64,000 nucleotides of DNA from Candidatus Saganbacteria bacterium (GTDB taxonomy: Bacteria; Margulisbacteria; WOR-1; O2-12-FULL-45-9): the NCBI GenBank assembly GCA_016932255.1, contig JAFGDE010000012.1:58049-122048 (forward strand). Direction: 5' to 3'. Of the stretch, positions 49,876 to 60,033 are shown piece by piece; the stretch's first letter is position 1; the number at the start of each line of letters is the position of its first letter. The notes beneath the pieces were generated by a model. It made no database searches and was not told the DNA's origin. It saw nothing but the letters and a program-made list of their open reading frames with translations. The translations under genes and the position numbers were made by a program.

Positions 49876-50765
49876 TGTCAATATTTGAGATACTTAAGAT
49901 ACTCATCCCGATCATCATTATTGCTTCATTGGGTGCTTTGTTCGGCCGTTTCAGGAAGATCGAGATCAAAGCCCTGGCCGAATATCTTCTTTATATCGGC
50001 GTGCCGGCCCTGGTATTCAGCCAGCTGTCGATGCAGCAGGTCCGGCCAGCCTATCTGCTGTTGATCTCACTGGCTGCTTTCTTTGTTATCCTGGGCAGCG
50101 GACTTCTGAGCTGGTTCTTGCTGCGTGTTCTCAGGTTCAGGATACCGGACCCGCTCTTCCTGCCCATTATGTTCATGAATTCAGGTTATTTAGGTTTTCC
50201 TCTGGCCTTGTTCGCCTTTGGTGAATTAAGCCTGAATTACGCCATAATTTATAATACGGCCATGTCGATCCTGTTATTCACGCTTGGTATATATATACTC
50301 TGCCGCGGCACAGATCCCTACCGGGCCCTAAAAATTCCGTTCATTTACGCTGCCCTGGCAGGGCTGATCCTGTCTTACAGCGGCATCAGGCTGCCCCAGC
50401 CGTTATATGTGCCTATTTATATTTTAGGCAACACGACCATCCCGCTGGCATTGTTCATGCTGGGCTACCGGCTGGCCAATATGGGACTGACATCCTGGAA
50501 AATGCCGCTGCTGGCATCCCTGCTGCGGCTAGGATTAGGCCTGGGACTCGGCTGGCTGGCTGTCATGATCTTTCAGCTGCACGGCATCGCGGCCAAGACG
50601 ATCATCTTGCTTTCTTGTCTGGCTTCAGCCGTTACCTCATTGCCTCTGGCCGAAGAATATGATTCAGAACCCGAACTGATCGCTTCAAGCATCATGCTAA
50701 GCACGCTGGTCTCGTTCCTGGCTTTATTCGCCATTCTGCCCTGGCTGGCCAGCTTGACAATATAG
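49875..50765 (+). CDS. AEC (auxin efflux carrier) family transporter
   Basis: 296 aa, about 10 TM segments, typical AEC N-terminus. Confidence 0.75.
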   Translation: MSIFEILKILIPIIIIASLGALFGRFRKIEIKALAEYLLYIGVPALVFSQLSMQQVRPAYLLLISLAAFFVILGSGLLSWFLLRVLRFRIPDPLFLPIMFMNSGYLGFPLALFAFGELSLNYAIIYNTAMSILLFTLGIYILCRGTDPYRALKIPFIYAALAGLILSYSGIRLPQPLYVPIYILGNTTIPLALFMLGYRLANMGLTSWKMPLLASLLRLGLGLGLGWLAVMIFQLHGIAAKTIILLSCLASAVTSLPLAEEYDSEPELIASSIMLSTLVSFLALFAILPWLASLTI

Positions 50766-51299
50766 ATGAAAGGCGTATACTTGAAAAAAATGTTACGCGG
50801 AACGATCGCAATTTTGATCGTAGCTCTGATGGCTTGTTCGGCTTCAGCCGGCCCCAGTTTGAAGATCGGCTCTCCTGCCCCAAGCTTCGACCTTAAACTT
50901 ACCAGCGGCCAGCCTCTTTCTCTGGAAAAATATCTTGGCCGCGACGTGATAATCCTTTCGTTCTTCGCCTCCTGGAGCAAGACCTGCCAGCAGGAGATCT
51001 CTTATATGCAGGAACTAGAGCGGGCCTACGGCCGGAAGGGCCTGAGCATCATCGGCGTTTCTTACGACCGTAAAACAGGGGAGCTAAAGGATTTCCTTAA
51101 TGACAATAAAGTGGCTTTCCCGGTCGCTCATGACCAGAAGCTCAAGACCCTGCAAACATACCGGGTGATTATCCTGCCCACCCTGATAGTCATAGACAGA
51201 CAGGGCAATATTTCACAGATATATCTTGACTTTGACGGTAATGTAGAAAAAGCGCTGGACCAGGATATCCAGCGGCTGCTGACCACCCGCCAGGGTTAA
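50766..51299 (+). CDS. Periplasmic redoxin/peroxiredoxin-like lipoprotein (SxxC active site)
   Basis: Lipobox LMAC; thioredoxin fold with WSKTC (single Cys, T/S-x-x-C peroxiredoxin-type) rather than CxxC. Confidence 0.55.
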   Translation: MKGVYLKKMLRGTIAILIVALMACSASAGPSLKIGSPAPSFDLKLTSGQPLSLEKYLGRDVIILSFFASWSKTCQQEISYMQELERAYGRKGLSIIGVSYDRKTGELKDFLNDNKVAFPVAHDQKLKTLQTYRVIILPTLIVIDRQGNISQIYLDFDGNVEKALDQDIQRLLTTRQG

Positions 51300-51300
51300 T

Positions 51301-52494
51301 TCATTCGTAGCGCAGCGCCTCGACCGGGTCAAGCGCCGCAGCCCGCATCGCCGGATAGACCCCGGAAACAACTCCCACAAAGGTCGCGACAAAAGTAGCT
51401 AAAAGTATCGCCCAGAACGAAACGACCAGCGGCATGCCAATGATCACCATGATAAAAGAAGCCAACCCCACCCCACTGCTGATCCCGATCACACCGCCCA
51501 ACAAGCTGATGATCACTGATTCTGTCAGGAACTGGACCAGAATATCGCGTTTCTTGGCGCCGATTGCCTTGCGCACGCCTATCTCCCTGACCCGCTCATT
51601 GACCGCCACCAGCATTATGTTCATAATGCCGATACCGCCCACCAGCAGGGAAATAGCCGCGATCCCGGTCACGATCGCGGTCAAAGCGCTCATGATCGTG
51701 TCCATTATGGCCATAGAATTCTCCATGGTATCGACCCGGATATCTTCCTTGCCATGGCGTTCGGCCATCACTGTTTTGATCTCCGCGACCGCCTGAGGCA
51801 CCAGTTCAATTGACCTGGCTACTGCCCCAATCTCAGCCAGCTTGTCAGTATCAAAAACATCTTCTGCCGCAGTGACCGGGATGGCAACATACTCGTCCAT
51901 GTTAACACCCATAATCGAGCCTTTCTTCTTGAATAGGCCGATCACCAGGAACTTGGAGCCGTTGATCCTGACCTTTTCTCCGATCGCCGGAAAACCGCCG
52001 AAGAGCTTCCTGGCCAGGTCCTGGCCCAGCACTACGACTTTTTTTCTGCCCAGCACATCAACGTCAGAAAGGAACCTGCCCTGGCTCACGCCCCAGTTCA
52101 TCATCTCCATCAGTGCCGGGCTGCAGCCGGAAATAAAGGGAGAAGTATAGGATTTGTCCAGATAGGTGATCTTTCCGGACTGGATATTGCGCGGATCTAC
52201 CAGCTCCAGTGAAGGGCATCTGTCCTCGATCGCCTTAGCGTCAGAGAGGGTCATCTTAACCGTAGCCATCGCCGCCAGCTGGCCTTCTTTCCCGCCATGT
52301 ACTTCCATGTAGGTAGGGCCTGTGCCAAACTTATCGATCTGTTCGTACATGAATCCCTTCATGCCCTCGCCCAGGGTGACCAGGCTGATCACGGAAAAGA
52401 TGCCGATGATCACGCCCAGCATGGTCAGGAAACTGCGCATCTTCGCCCGCATGATATCTTTCCAGGCCATGGTAATTGCTTCCCAGAAAGTCAT
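51301..52494 (-). CDS. ABC transporter permease, MacB/FtsX-like
   Basis: 397 aa; N-terminal TM, large periplasmic domain, C-terminal FtsX 3-TM bundle. Confidence 0.85.
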   Translation of the reverse strand: MTFWEAITMAWKDIMRAKMRSFLTMLGVIIGIFSVISLVTLGEGMKGFMYEQIDKFGTGPTYMEVHGGKEGQLAAMATVKMTLSDAKAIEDRCPSLELVDPRNIQSGKITYLDKSYTSPFISGCSPALMEMMNWGVSQGRFLSDVDVLGRKKVVVLGQDLARKLFGGFPAIGEKVRINGSKFLVIGLFKKKGSIMGVNMDEYVAIPVTAAEDVFDTDKLAEIGAVARSIELVPQAVAEIKTVMAERHGKEDIRVDTMENSMAIMDTIMSALTAIVTGIAAISLLVGGIGIMNIMLVAVNERVREIGVRKAIGAKKRDILVQFLTESVIISLLGGVIGISSGVGLASFIMVIIGMPLVVSFWAILLATFVATFVGVVSGVYPAMRAAALDPVEALRYE

Positions 52495-52495
52495 C

Positions 52496-53707
52496 TTAGC
52501 CTCTCAATGCCTCCACCGGATCAAGTTTAGCAGCACGTATAGCCGGGTAAACACCGGAAACAACGCCGACCGCGATCGCGACCGTGACCGCCATAATTAC
52601 CGCGTTAAGTGAGGGGACCAATCTTAAGCCGGCGTAGGCACCCATAAGGAATAAAACCAGCGCCGAAAAGGTGACACCAAGCACTCCGCCAATAAAACCA
52701 ATGGTAACCGACTCGATTAGGAACTGCAGGAAAATATCGCTCCTCCTGGCACCAACTGACTTTCGGATGCCAATTTCCGCGATCCTTTCTGAAACTGAGA
52801 CCAGCATGATGTTCATGATGCCGACACTTCCCACTAATAGAGAGATCGCGGCAATGGCCGCGACCACTGCGGTCAAGACCCCTAGGATCATATCGAGCTG
52901 ATCCAATATTTCTGTGGCCATCCTCAACTGGAAGTCCTCTTCGCCATGGCGGTCCAGCAAGACGGCATGGATCTGATCTTTTGCTTCAGGCACAGAAAAT
53001 CCCTTGCGCACCGCAGCCCAGCTCTCCATGATCTCGGTCTTTTCAAAAAGGTTCTCGGCGGTGGTAATAGGAATGGCTGTCTCGTCATTCATGTCCATGC
53101 CGAACATTGAGCCCATATCTTTCATAATGCCAATAACCTTGAAAGGAACACCATTAAGGCGCACTGTTTCGCCCAGCGCCGGAAAATCCCCGAACAGGTT
53201 CCTGGCAACGTTCTGACCAAGAAAGACCACTCGCTTGCGATAGGCAACGTCAACCGGAGTGAAAAAGCGGCCCTCCTTGACCAGGTCAGGGACCATCTTG
53301 TCGTAATCCTCATTTGTGCCAAAGACAAAAGGAGTTTCATAGGTTTTATTGCCGTATTTGAACTCTCCAACGCCTGTAATAACCGGCGTGACCGCTTCGA
53401 CCGCCGGCACACGCTCCTTGATGGCATCAATATCCCGCCTGGTGATCGAAGATTTCATAAAGGCTAGAGTGAACATGCCCATGCTTTCCTGTTCTGTCTC
53501 CGGGGCACCGTAAATGCCGATAGTGTTCGCCCCTGCTCCCATTGAAGACATCTGGTCATAAACAAAATTTTTCGCCCCTTCTCCCATACTGACCGTGGTA
53601 ATAACTATAAAAACGCCTATGATCACTCCCAGCATTGTCAAAAAACTGCGTAGGGGATTAGCTTTTAAAGCCCTTATCGCGATAGGGAAAACCTGAAAGA
53701 TCCTCAT
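52496..53707 (-). CDS. ABC transporter permease, MacB/FtsX-like (paralogue)
   Basis: 403 aa; same architecture as the neighbouring permease. Confidence 0.85.
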   Translation of the reverse strand: MRIFQVFPIAIRALKANPLRSFLTMLGVIIGVFIVITTVSMGEGAKNFVYDQMSSMGAGANTIGIYGAPETEQESMGMFTLAFMKSSITRRDIDAIKERVPAVEAVTPVITGVGEFKYGNKTYETPFVFGTNEDYDKMVPDLVKEGRFFTPVDVAYRKRVVFLGQNVARNLFGDFPALGETVRLNGVPFKVIGIMKDMGSMFGMDMNDETAIPITTAENLFEKTEIMESWAAVRKGFSVPEAKDQIHAVLLDRHGEEDFQLRMATEILDQLDMILGVLTAVVAAIAAISLLVGSVGIMNIMLVSVSERIAEIGIRKSVGARRSDIFLQFLIESVTIGFIGGVLGVTFSALVLFLMGAYAGLRLVPSLNAVIMAVTVAIAVGVVSGVYPAIRAAKLDPVEALRG

Positions 53708-53718
53708 CTGGCCTCCGC

Positions 53719-54432
53719 TTATGACCTGTCTGCCGGGAGGCAGACCTGTTTTACAGGCTGATCCGCAAGTACCTGGCCGTCCTTTAAATTGATATTCCTT
53801 TTAGTGCAGTTGGCAATATCATGTTCATGGGTGACCATAATGATGGTCGCTCCCTCATTATTGAGCCCTTGAAAGATCGCCATTATTTCTTCGCTGGACT
53901 TTGAATCCAGGTTGCCAGTCGGTTCATCAGCTAATATAATCGAGGGTTCGACGACCAAAGCCCGAGCAATGGCCACTCTTTGCCTCTCACCTCCCGACAT
54001 TTCCGGCGGCCTGTGCTCAGCCCGGTGGGCCAAGCCAACCTTTTCTAGAACGGCCATTGACTTCTCTTTCATCTGTCTGGGCGTAAAAAAGCCATAAATC
54101 AGCGGCAGTTCCACGTTCTCGATCGCGCTCAGACGGGGCAAGAGGTTAAAAGTCTGGAAAACAAAACCGATCTTTTTATTGCGGATCTCTGCCAGCTGAT
54201 TATCATTAAGTTTGGAGACATTTATGTCGTCAAGATAGACCGTTCCGGAATCGGGATGGTCCAAACAACCGATCAAATGCATCAGAGTGGACTTGCCGCA
54301 GCCGGAGGGGCCGGTAATAGAAACAAATTCTCCTTTGGTTACTTCGAATGAAAGACCCCGTAGGGCTGGAACTTCAACTTTTCCTAAAATATATGTCCTA
54401 TGCAGATCTTCAACCTTGACTATCCTGCTCAT
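53719..54432 (-). CDS. ABC transporter ATP-binding protein (MacB/LolD-type)
   Basis: Walker [10 protein letters not shown], signature LSGGERQR, Walker B ILADEPT. Confidence 0.9.
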   Translation of the reverse strand: MSRIVKVEDLHRTYILGKVEVPALRGLSFEVTKGEFVSITGPSGCGKSTLMHLIGCLDHPDSGTVYLDDINVSKLNDNQLAEIRNKKIGFVFQTFNLLPRLSAIENVELPLIYGFFTPRQMKEKSMAVLEKVGLAHRAEHRPPEMSGGERQRVAIARALVVEPSIILADEPTGNLDSKSSEEIMAIFQGLNNEGATIIMVTHEHDIANCTKRNINLKDGQVLADQPVKQVCLPADRS

Positions 54433-55418
54433 TATTTGTTGTTATCTTTAACGACCAGAACCCTAGACCTGTCTTTCAGATTATCCAGATTAGAAACAGC
54501 GACGAGCTGACCGACCTTCAGCCCTTTAATGATCTCAACTTTTACAGCGTCCTTGATCCCCAGATCAACCTCCGCTGCCCTAACCCTGCCGTCATTGAGC
54601 ACAAAAGCGACCCGCTTGCCTGAACGCAGAGTAATTGATTCGCGCGGAACAGCGACCACATCCTTCTGCTCGCCGGTAATGATCTCAGCGTAGACCGACA
54701 TGCCCGGCCGCAAATTTTCCCTGCCGTCCTCAAAAGCCACTTTGCCCCGGAAGACCAGGTCTTCCTCGTCCAGCCGGACGCGGCCACCGACCTTCTTGAG
54801 CTCAGCCCTGTCGTTGAGCCAGACTATCCTGCCAAAGAACTCTTCATCAGGAAAAGCGTCAGTGGTAAACCTGACCCGCTGACCGACCTTGGCCACTGAA
54901 ATATCAACTTCATCGACTTGGATCTCCAGCCAGGGGTGGTCGATGTCAACTATGCTCATTATCGGCACGCCGGGTGAGATCGCCTCGCCGGGGGTGACCG
55001 CTTTTTCCGTGACCACGCCGGCAAAAGGAGCGACCACTTCGGAATTCTCCAGCGCCTGCTTGGCCCGCTCCAGCTCCAGATCACTGACGAACCCCTGGGC
55101 ATGCAGTTTCTTTAAACGCTGATATTCTTTCTCCGCCTGATTATAACCGTCCAATTTGACCAGGACCTGCCCCTTGATCACCCTGGCGCCTTCCTCGACC
55201 CCGACCCAGTCAACACGGCCGGCCATCCGGGCACTGCCCAGGGCCACTGAATTAGCCCTGACCAGGCCGGAAGCTGAGATGGTGGAGAGGATGTTGGCTT
55301 TTTCGACCCGGGCGACCCTGACCTCAACACTACTGCTGCGAACTTTCAAAAACCAGATCCCGGCGAAAGCCAGAACGATCACCAGGATAACTATCCAGAA
55401 TATCTTGTTCTTCAGCAT
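54432..55418 (-). CDS. Periplasmic adaptor (membrane fusion protein, MacA/HlyD family)
   Basis: N-terminal anchor, coiled-coil, beta-barrel/lipoyl layout. Confidence 0.8.
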   Translation of the reverse strand: MLKNKIFWIVILVIVLAFAGIWFLKVRSSSVEVRVARVEKANILSTISASGLVRANSVALGSARMAGRVDWVGVEEGARVIKGQVLVKLDGYNQAEKEYQRLKKLHAQGFVSDLELERAKQALENSEVVAPFAGVVTEKAVTPGEAISPGVPIMSIVDIDHPWLEIQVDEVDISVAKVGQRVRFTTDAFPDEEFFGRIVWLNDRAELKKVGGRVRLDEEDLVFRGKVAFEDGRENLRPGMSVYAEIITGEQKDVVAVPRESITLRSGKRVAFVLNDGRVRAAEVDLGIKDAVKVEIIKGLKVGQLVAVSNLDNLKDRSRVLVVKDNNK

Positions 55419-55430
55419 TGACCCCTCCCT

Positions 55431-56750
55431 TTAATAGATGTTGTGGCCGATCAGCTTGTTCAGCCTGGCTTGGGCAATCTGCAGGTCATGCTTGGCCTGG
55501 AGCTGTTCGGTCCTGGCTTGGGTCAGCGAAACCTGGGCATCAATGACCTCAAGATTGGTCCCAACTCCAGAATCATAACGGAGTCCAGCGATGCGGTAAT
55601 TCTCGTCAGCCAGCTCTTCGGCTTTAGCCGTGCTGGCCAGGTTCTCGATCGCGCTCTTCAGAGTGAAATTGGCGTCCCGGATCTCCAGTTCGATACCCCT
55701 TCTCACCTGCAGTTCATCGGCCTGCTGTGCGGACAACTTTGCCCTGGCTTGTTTGATCCGGTTCCAGGTCGCAGTACCGTCAAAGATGTTCCAGCTGGCG
55801 GAGATCAAGGCGGTCCAGGTCTTTAGATCGATCTGATAAGAGGAGTATTTGGTCGAGCCAACATCATACTGCCCGACCAGGGAAACCATCGGCCAGAGAT
55901 CGCTGTATGCCAGCCCGACCTCATCTGCGGAGATCTGTTTGGCTAGCTGGAACTGCTGCCAGTCCGGCCTTTCGCTGAAAGCGATCCTCTGCAGCTCCTC
56001 GTCGCTATAGACCTTGATGTTGGCGGTATTATATTCGACCTCGGCCAGATCAACGTTCGAGCTCAGCTCGCGGCCCAAAGCGTTGTTGAAGCTGTTCCGG
56101 GCGATCTCCAGTCCCTGTTTTGCCCTGGTCAGGCCGATCTCAGCCTTGGCCTGCTGGACCTCGGTGCGCAACAGGTCAGCCTTGGTCGACATGCCGACCT
56201 GAAGCATGGCTTTGATCCGGTCCATATGCTTGCCGGCCATCTCCAGCGATTGATTGCTGAGCTCGACCATTTTTTGAGCGGTGACCACGCTGAAATAACC
56301 ATTGATGACATTGAAGCGGACCTCTTCACCGACCCTTTTCAGTTCTTGCTTGGCCGCGGCCAATCTTTTATTGGCCATGCCCAGGCTGTTGGAAAGTTTG
56401 CCACCGGTAAATATCGCCTGGCTCAGGCTTGCCTGTAAACTGTTGCTGTCTGCCTGCTCATCAGTCCCCATAATGAAAGTTTGAGGCACGCCGCCGACTG
56501 AAACCTGCATTGTCTGGGGCTCGGAGTAATATTTGCCCAAGCCGCCGGAGAGGGAAAGTTGAGGCAAAAAACCGGCAAAGGCCTGGCCGGCACCCCCTTC
56601 AGCCGCTTCGACTTCAAACCGCGCTTTTAGGACCAGGGGGCTCTGGGCCAGCGCGATCTCAATGCTCTGCTTAAGGGATAGTTCGGCCCGGGCGGCGGTC
56701 AGGCTGACCGCAGTAAATAATATCAGGCAGCATATTAAAGAACGTTTCAT
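55431..56750 (-). CDS. TolC-family outer membrane efflux protein
   Basis: 439 aa; signal peptide and two OEP repeats. Confidence 0.85.
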   Translation of the reverse strand: MKRSLICCLILFTAVSLTAARAELSLKQSIEIALAQSPLVLKARFEVEAAEGGAGQAFAGFLPQLSLSGGLGKYYSEPQTMQVSVGGVPQTFIMGTDEQADSNSLQASLSQAIFTGGKLSNSLGMANKRLAAAKQELKRVGEEVRFNVINGYFSVVTAQKMVELSNQSLEMAGKHMDRIKAMLQVGMSTKADLLRTEVQQAKAEIGLTRAKQGLEIARNSFNNALGRELSSNVDLAEVEYNTANIKVYSDEELQRIAFSERPDWQQFQLAKQISADEVGLAYSDLWPMVSLVGQYDVGSTKYSSYQIDLKTWTALISASWNIFDGTATWNRIKQARAKLSAQQADELQVRRGIELEIRDANFTLKSAIENLASTAKAEELADENYRIAGLRYDSGVGTNLEVIDAQVSLTQARTEQLQAKHDLQIAQARLNKLIGHNIY

Positions 56751-56789
56751 CCTCTCACCTCCCGGAGGTATTTTTAACTATTGACGTTC

Positions 56790-57740
56790 TTAATCGCCGT
56801 GGACCAGGCCGTGATAGAACTCGGCATATTTATCTTTTTTCTCGCTTGCCCTGAGCGCCATAGCGGCCCGTGGGTGCTGGTTCAGAATGCCGGTGACCAT
56901 GTAGGGAATGATGTAGCCCCACTCGATCTGTTCGCGCAACGGCAGGAACTCTTTTTCGATCACTTCCAGGATCGGTTCAAGGTCGAATTTCGGGTTCTTG
57001 AGAAAAGCCAGCAGCAACTCCAGGGGGCAGTTGCCGGCCGCGCGGCCGATGCCATAGATCGTGCCGTCAAGATAATTAGCGCCTTTACGGATCGCTTCAA
57101 TGGTATTGGCAAAGCCCAGCTGCTGGTTGTTGTGCGCGTGCATGCCGACCTCTTTGCCTTTTGGCTTGAGGTATTTTGCATAGAGATCGACCAGGAAATG
57201 GACCTGCTCGGAGAACAGCCCGCCAAAGCTGTCAACGATATAAACAGCCTGCGCCGCGCTTTCGGCCAGACCGGCCAGGCCCTCTTCCAGGTCGGGCTGC
57301 AGTGCCGTGGATATCGCCATTATGTTGACCGTGGTCTCATAGCCTTTTTCCGCAAAGTGGTTGACCATGTCAATGGCCTTGTCGATATCCTTGACATAGG
57401 TCGCCACGCGTATCATATCGACCACGCTTTTTTTCTTGGGTGCAACCTTGTCCATCTCCACTCGGCCGATGTCGACCATGGTCGAAAGCTTGGTCCTTGA
57501 CTTGATCCCCTCGATCGCTTTTTTAATATGGTCCTCGTCGCAGAATTTCCACTTGCCGTATTTATCAGGGGAAAAGAATTTTTTCGAAGCCTGATAACCC
57601 AGCTCACAATAATCGACACCGGCCAGAGAACAAGCTTGATAGACCGCCCTAACGAAGTTGTCTTCAAAACAGTGGTCGTTAATCAAGCCGCCGTCACGGA
57701 TGCTGCAGTCCAATACTTTGATCTCAGGTCTATACATCAT
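56790..57740 (-). CDS. DRE-TIM metallolyase (HMGL-like aldolase catalytic domain) protein
   Basis: CSIRDGG and HAHNNQQLGFANTIEA motifs of pyruvate carboxyltransferase / 4-hydroxy-2-oxovalerate aldolase-type barrels. Confidence 0.6.
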   Translation of the reverse strand: MMYRPEIKVLDCSIRDGGLINDHCFEDNFVRAVYQACSLAGVDYCELGYQASKKFFSPDKYGKWKFCDEDHIKKAIEGIKSRTKLSTMVDIGRVEMDKVAPKKKSVVDMIRVATYVKDIDKAIDMVNHFAEKGYETTVNIMAISTALQPDLEEGLAGLAESAAQAVYIVDSFGGLFSEQVHFLVDLYAKYLKPKGKEVGMHAHNNQQLGFANTIEAIRKGANYLDGTIYGIGRAAGNCPLELLLAFLKNPKFDLEPILEVIEKEFLPLREQIEWGYIIPYMVTGILNQHPRAAMALRASEKKDKYAEFYHGLVHGD

Positions 57741-57757
57741 AATCCGCTAATTATAGC

Positions 57758-58903
57758 TTATTCGAGCTTCTTTTTGAAGCGCAAAATACTGAATGCCAGC
57801 AGCAAGACGCCGATCAGGGTCATCGGCCAGACCTGGGGCCAGAGATAGTTCAGCCCAGTGCCTTTGAGAAAGATGTCGCGCACAATGACCAAAAAGTACC
57901 TGACCGGGATAAAATAGGTCAACAGCTGGATGAACCACGGCATATTGGCTATAGGAAAAATAAAGCCGGACAGTGTCATTTGCGGCGCCAGGATCAGGTT
58001 GTTGGTCATCAACGCCTGGCGCTGGGTCTGGGACACGGTCGAGATGAACAAGCCCATACCAAGCCCGGTCATCATGAACAGGCCGCCCAGGCCGAAGAGC
58101 AGAAAGATGCTGCCTTTGAGCGGCACTGAGAACCAGAAATCAGCCACCAGGTAGACCAGCGCGATCTGGATAAAAGCCACAATGGCAAACGGCAGCAGCT
58201 TGCCCAGGATCAGTTCATAAGGCTTAAGCGGCGTGACCGCCAGCATCTCCATCGTGCCCGACTCTTTTTCCTTAACGATCGAGGACGCGGACAAGATCAT
58301 GCTGATGATCATCAACACCTGGGCAAAGACCGCGGGGACCATGAAGTTGATGCTTTTAAGCTCCGGGTTATACCAGATGCGCTGCTGCACATCCAGCAAT
58401 TCACTGCCGCTGGCCGAGAGGCCTGTCTTGGCCAAACGCTGTTCCAGTATGGCGTTGGCATTATTGAAATTGATCTGGCTGGCATACCCCTGAACGATCG
58501 AAGCGGTGGAGGAATTCGTGCCGTCGATCAGCGCCTGAACGGCCGTGCCCTGGTCATTGACCAGTTTCTGGCCGAAATCAGGCGGGATGTGCAGGCCAAG
58601 CTTGGCTTCGCCGCCATCGATCAAAGCGGTCAGCTCTTTTATGTCATTAACATAATAATTAAGGTCAAAATAGCCTGAATTAGTAAAGCTGGCCAGGTAC
58701 TCCCGGCTATAATAAGTGCGGCTCTCGTCAAAGACCGCGGTCGGCACATGTTTGATATCGGTCGAGGCAACGTAACCAAGGATCAGCAGCTGGATCGCCG
58801 GCGCGATCAGGGCCACAGCCAGCATGCGCGGATCACGCGTCAGCTGGAGGAACTCCTTCTTCATAAAATGGAACAGCCGGCTGTCAAAGAATTTTTTGAT
58901 CAT
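57758..58903 (-). CDS. ABC-2 type transporter permease (YbhR/YbhS-like)
   Basis: 381 aa; N-terminal TM, large extracytoplasmic loop, 5 C-terminal TM. Confidence 0.8.
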   Translation of the reverse strand: MIKKFFDSRLFHFMKKEFLQLTRDPRMLAVALIAPAIQLLILGYVASTDIKHVPTAVFDESRTYYSREYLASFTNSGYFDLNYYVNDIKELTALIDGGEAKLGLHIPPDFGQKLVNDQGTAVQALIDGTNSSTASIVQGYASQINFNNANAILEQRLAKTGLSASGSELLDVQQRIWYNPELKSINFMVPAVFAQVLMIISMILSASSIVKEKESGTMEMLAVTPLKPYELILGKLLPFAIVAFIQIALVYLVADFWFSVPLKGSIFLLFGLGGLFMMTGLGMGLFISTVSQTQRQALMTNNLILAPQMTLSGFIFPIANMPWFIQLLTYFIPVRYFLVIVRDIFLKGTGLNYLWPQVWPMTLIGVLLLAFSILRFKKKLE

Positions 58904-60033
58904 TCGATCCTCTTTTTAAATTGCCGCACGCTGGAAACGATATACCAGAGACTGATCAGGAACATCAGCAGGAACTGCGGCCAGAGATAGACCAGGCCGA
59001 TACCTTTAAGAAAGACGCCGCGCAGGATATCCATATAATACCGCGCCGGGATGATATAAGAGATGGCCTGCAGGAACCAGGGCATGTTCTCCAGCGGAAA
59101 GATGAAGCCTGAGAGCAGCAGCGCCGGCAGCATGGTCACCACGGTCGCGGACTGCATCGCCTCGGCGCTTGAACCAGCGTTAGTCGAGACCAGGACGCCG
59201 ATAGCCATGGCGCCGGTCAGGAAGATCAGGGAACTGACGACCAGTAAAAGGAAGCTGCCGTTGAACGACACCCCGAACCAGAAGATGCCCAGGGCGGTCA
59301 CGACCAGCACGTCCAGGAACGAGATGATAACATAAGGAATGATCTTGCCCAGCATTAATTCGTTCTTCCTGATCGGGCTAACCACCAGGGCCTCCATGGT
59401 CCCCTGCTCCTTTTCTGATACGATGGTCAGACAGGTCAGAGTCGCGGAGATCTGCATCAGAATGACACAGATCAAGCCGGGCACAAAAAAATTCATGCTG
59501 CTGAGCGTTTCGTTATACCAGATACGCGTGACCAGGTCGATCGGCAGCTTCAAGCCAGCGGACACACCCAGCTTGATGAACTTGGCCTGGACCAGGTTCT
59601 GCTGATATGTCTGCACGATACCGCTGATATAACCAATGACCGACGAGGCCCAGGTCGGGTCCGAGCCATCGATCAGTATCTGGACCTCGGCCTTTTGGCC
59701 GGTCTGGACCTTTTTGCCAAAGCCGCCGGGAAGATTGATGATGATCTTAATCCGGTCGCTGTCCATGGCCTCAGCGAACTGCGACTCAGCCGCTAAATTC
59801 TCCTGTAGTTTAAAATAGCCGCTGATCGTGAATTTCTCAATAAAGTTCCTGCTTTCGACCGTCCGATCCTGGTCCAGCACGGCCAGCGGGACGTTCTTAA
59901 CGTCAAGTGAGGCGGCATAGCCGTAAATGAACAATAAGAATATCGGCATAAAAGCCATCAAGGCCAGTGATCTGGGATCGCGGAACAAATGCAAGAACTC
60001 TTTTCTTATTATAGTAATGACCCGCTTGATCAT
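58900..60033 (-). CDS. ABC-2 type transporter permease (paralogue)
   Basis: 377 aa; same architecture. 4-nt overlap. Confidence 0.8.
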   Translation of the reverse strand: MIKRVITIIRKEFLHLFRDPRSLALMAFMPIFLLFIYGYAASLDVKNVPLAVLDQDRTVESRNFIEKFTISGYFKLQENLAAESQFAEAMDSDRIKIIINLPGGFGKKVQTGQKAEVQILIDGSDPTWASSVIGYISGIVQTYQQNLVQAKFIKLGVSAGLKLPIDLVTRIWYNETLSSMNFFVPGLICVILMQISATLTCLTIVSEKEQGTMEALVVSPIRKNELMLGKIIPYVIISFLDVLVVTALGIFWFGVSFNGSFLLLVVSSLIFLTGAMAIGVLVSTNAGSSAEAMQSATVVTMLPALLLSGFIFPLENMPWFLQAISYIIPARYYMDILRGVFLKGIGLVYLWPQFLLMFLISLWYIVSSVRQFKKRIE

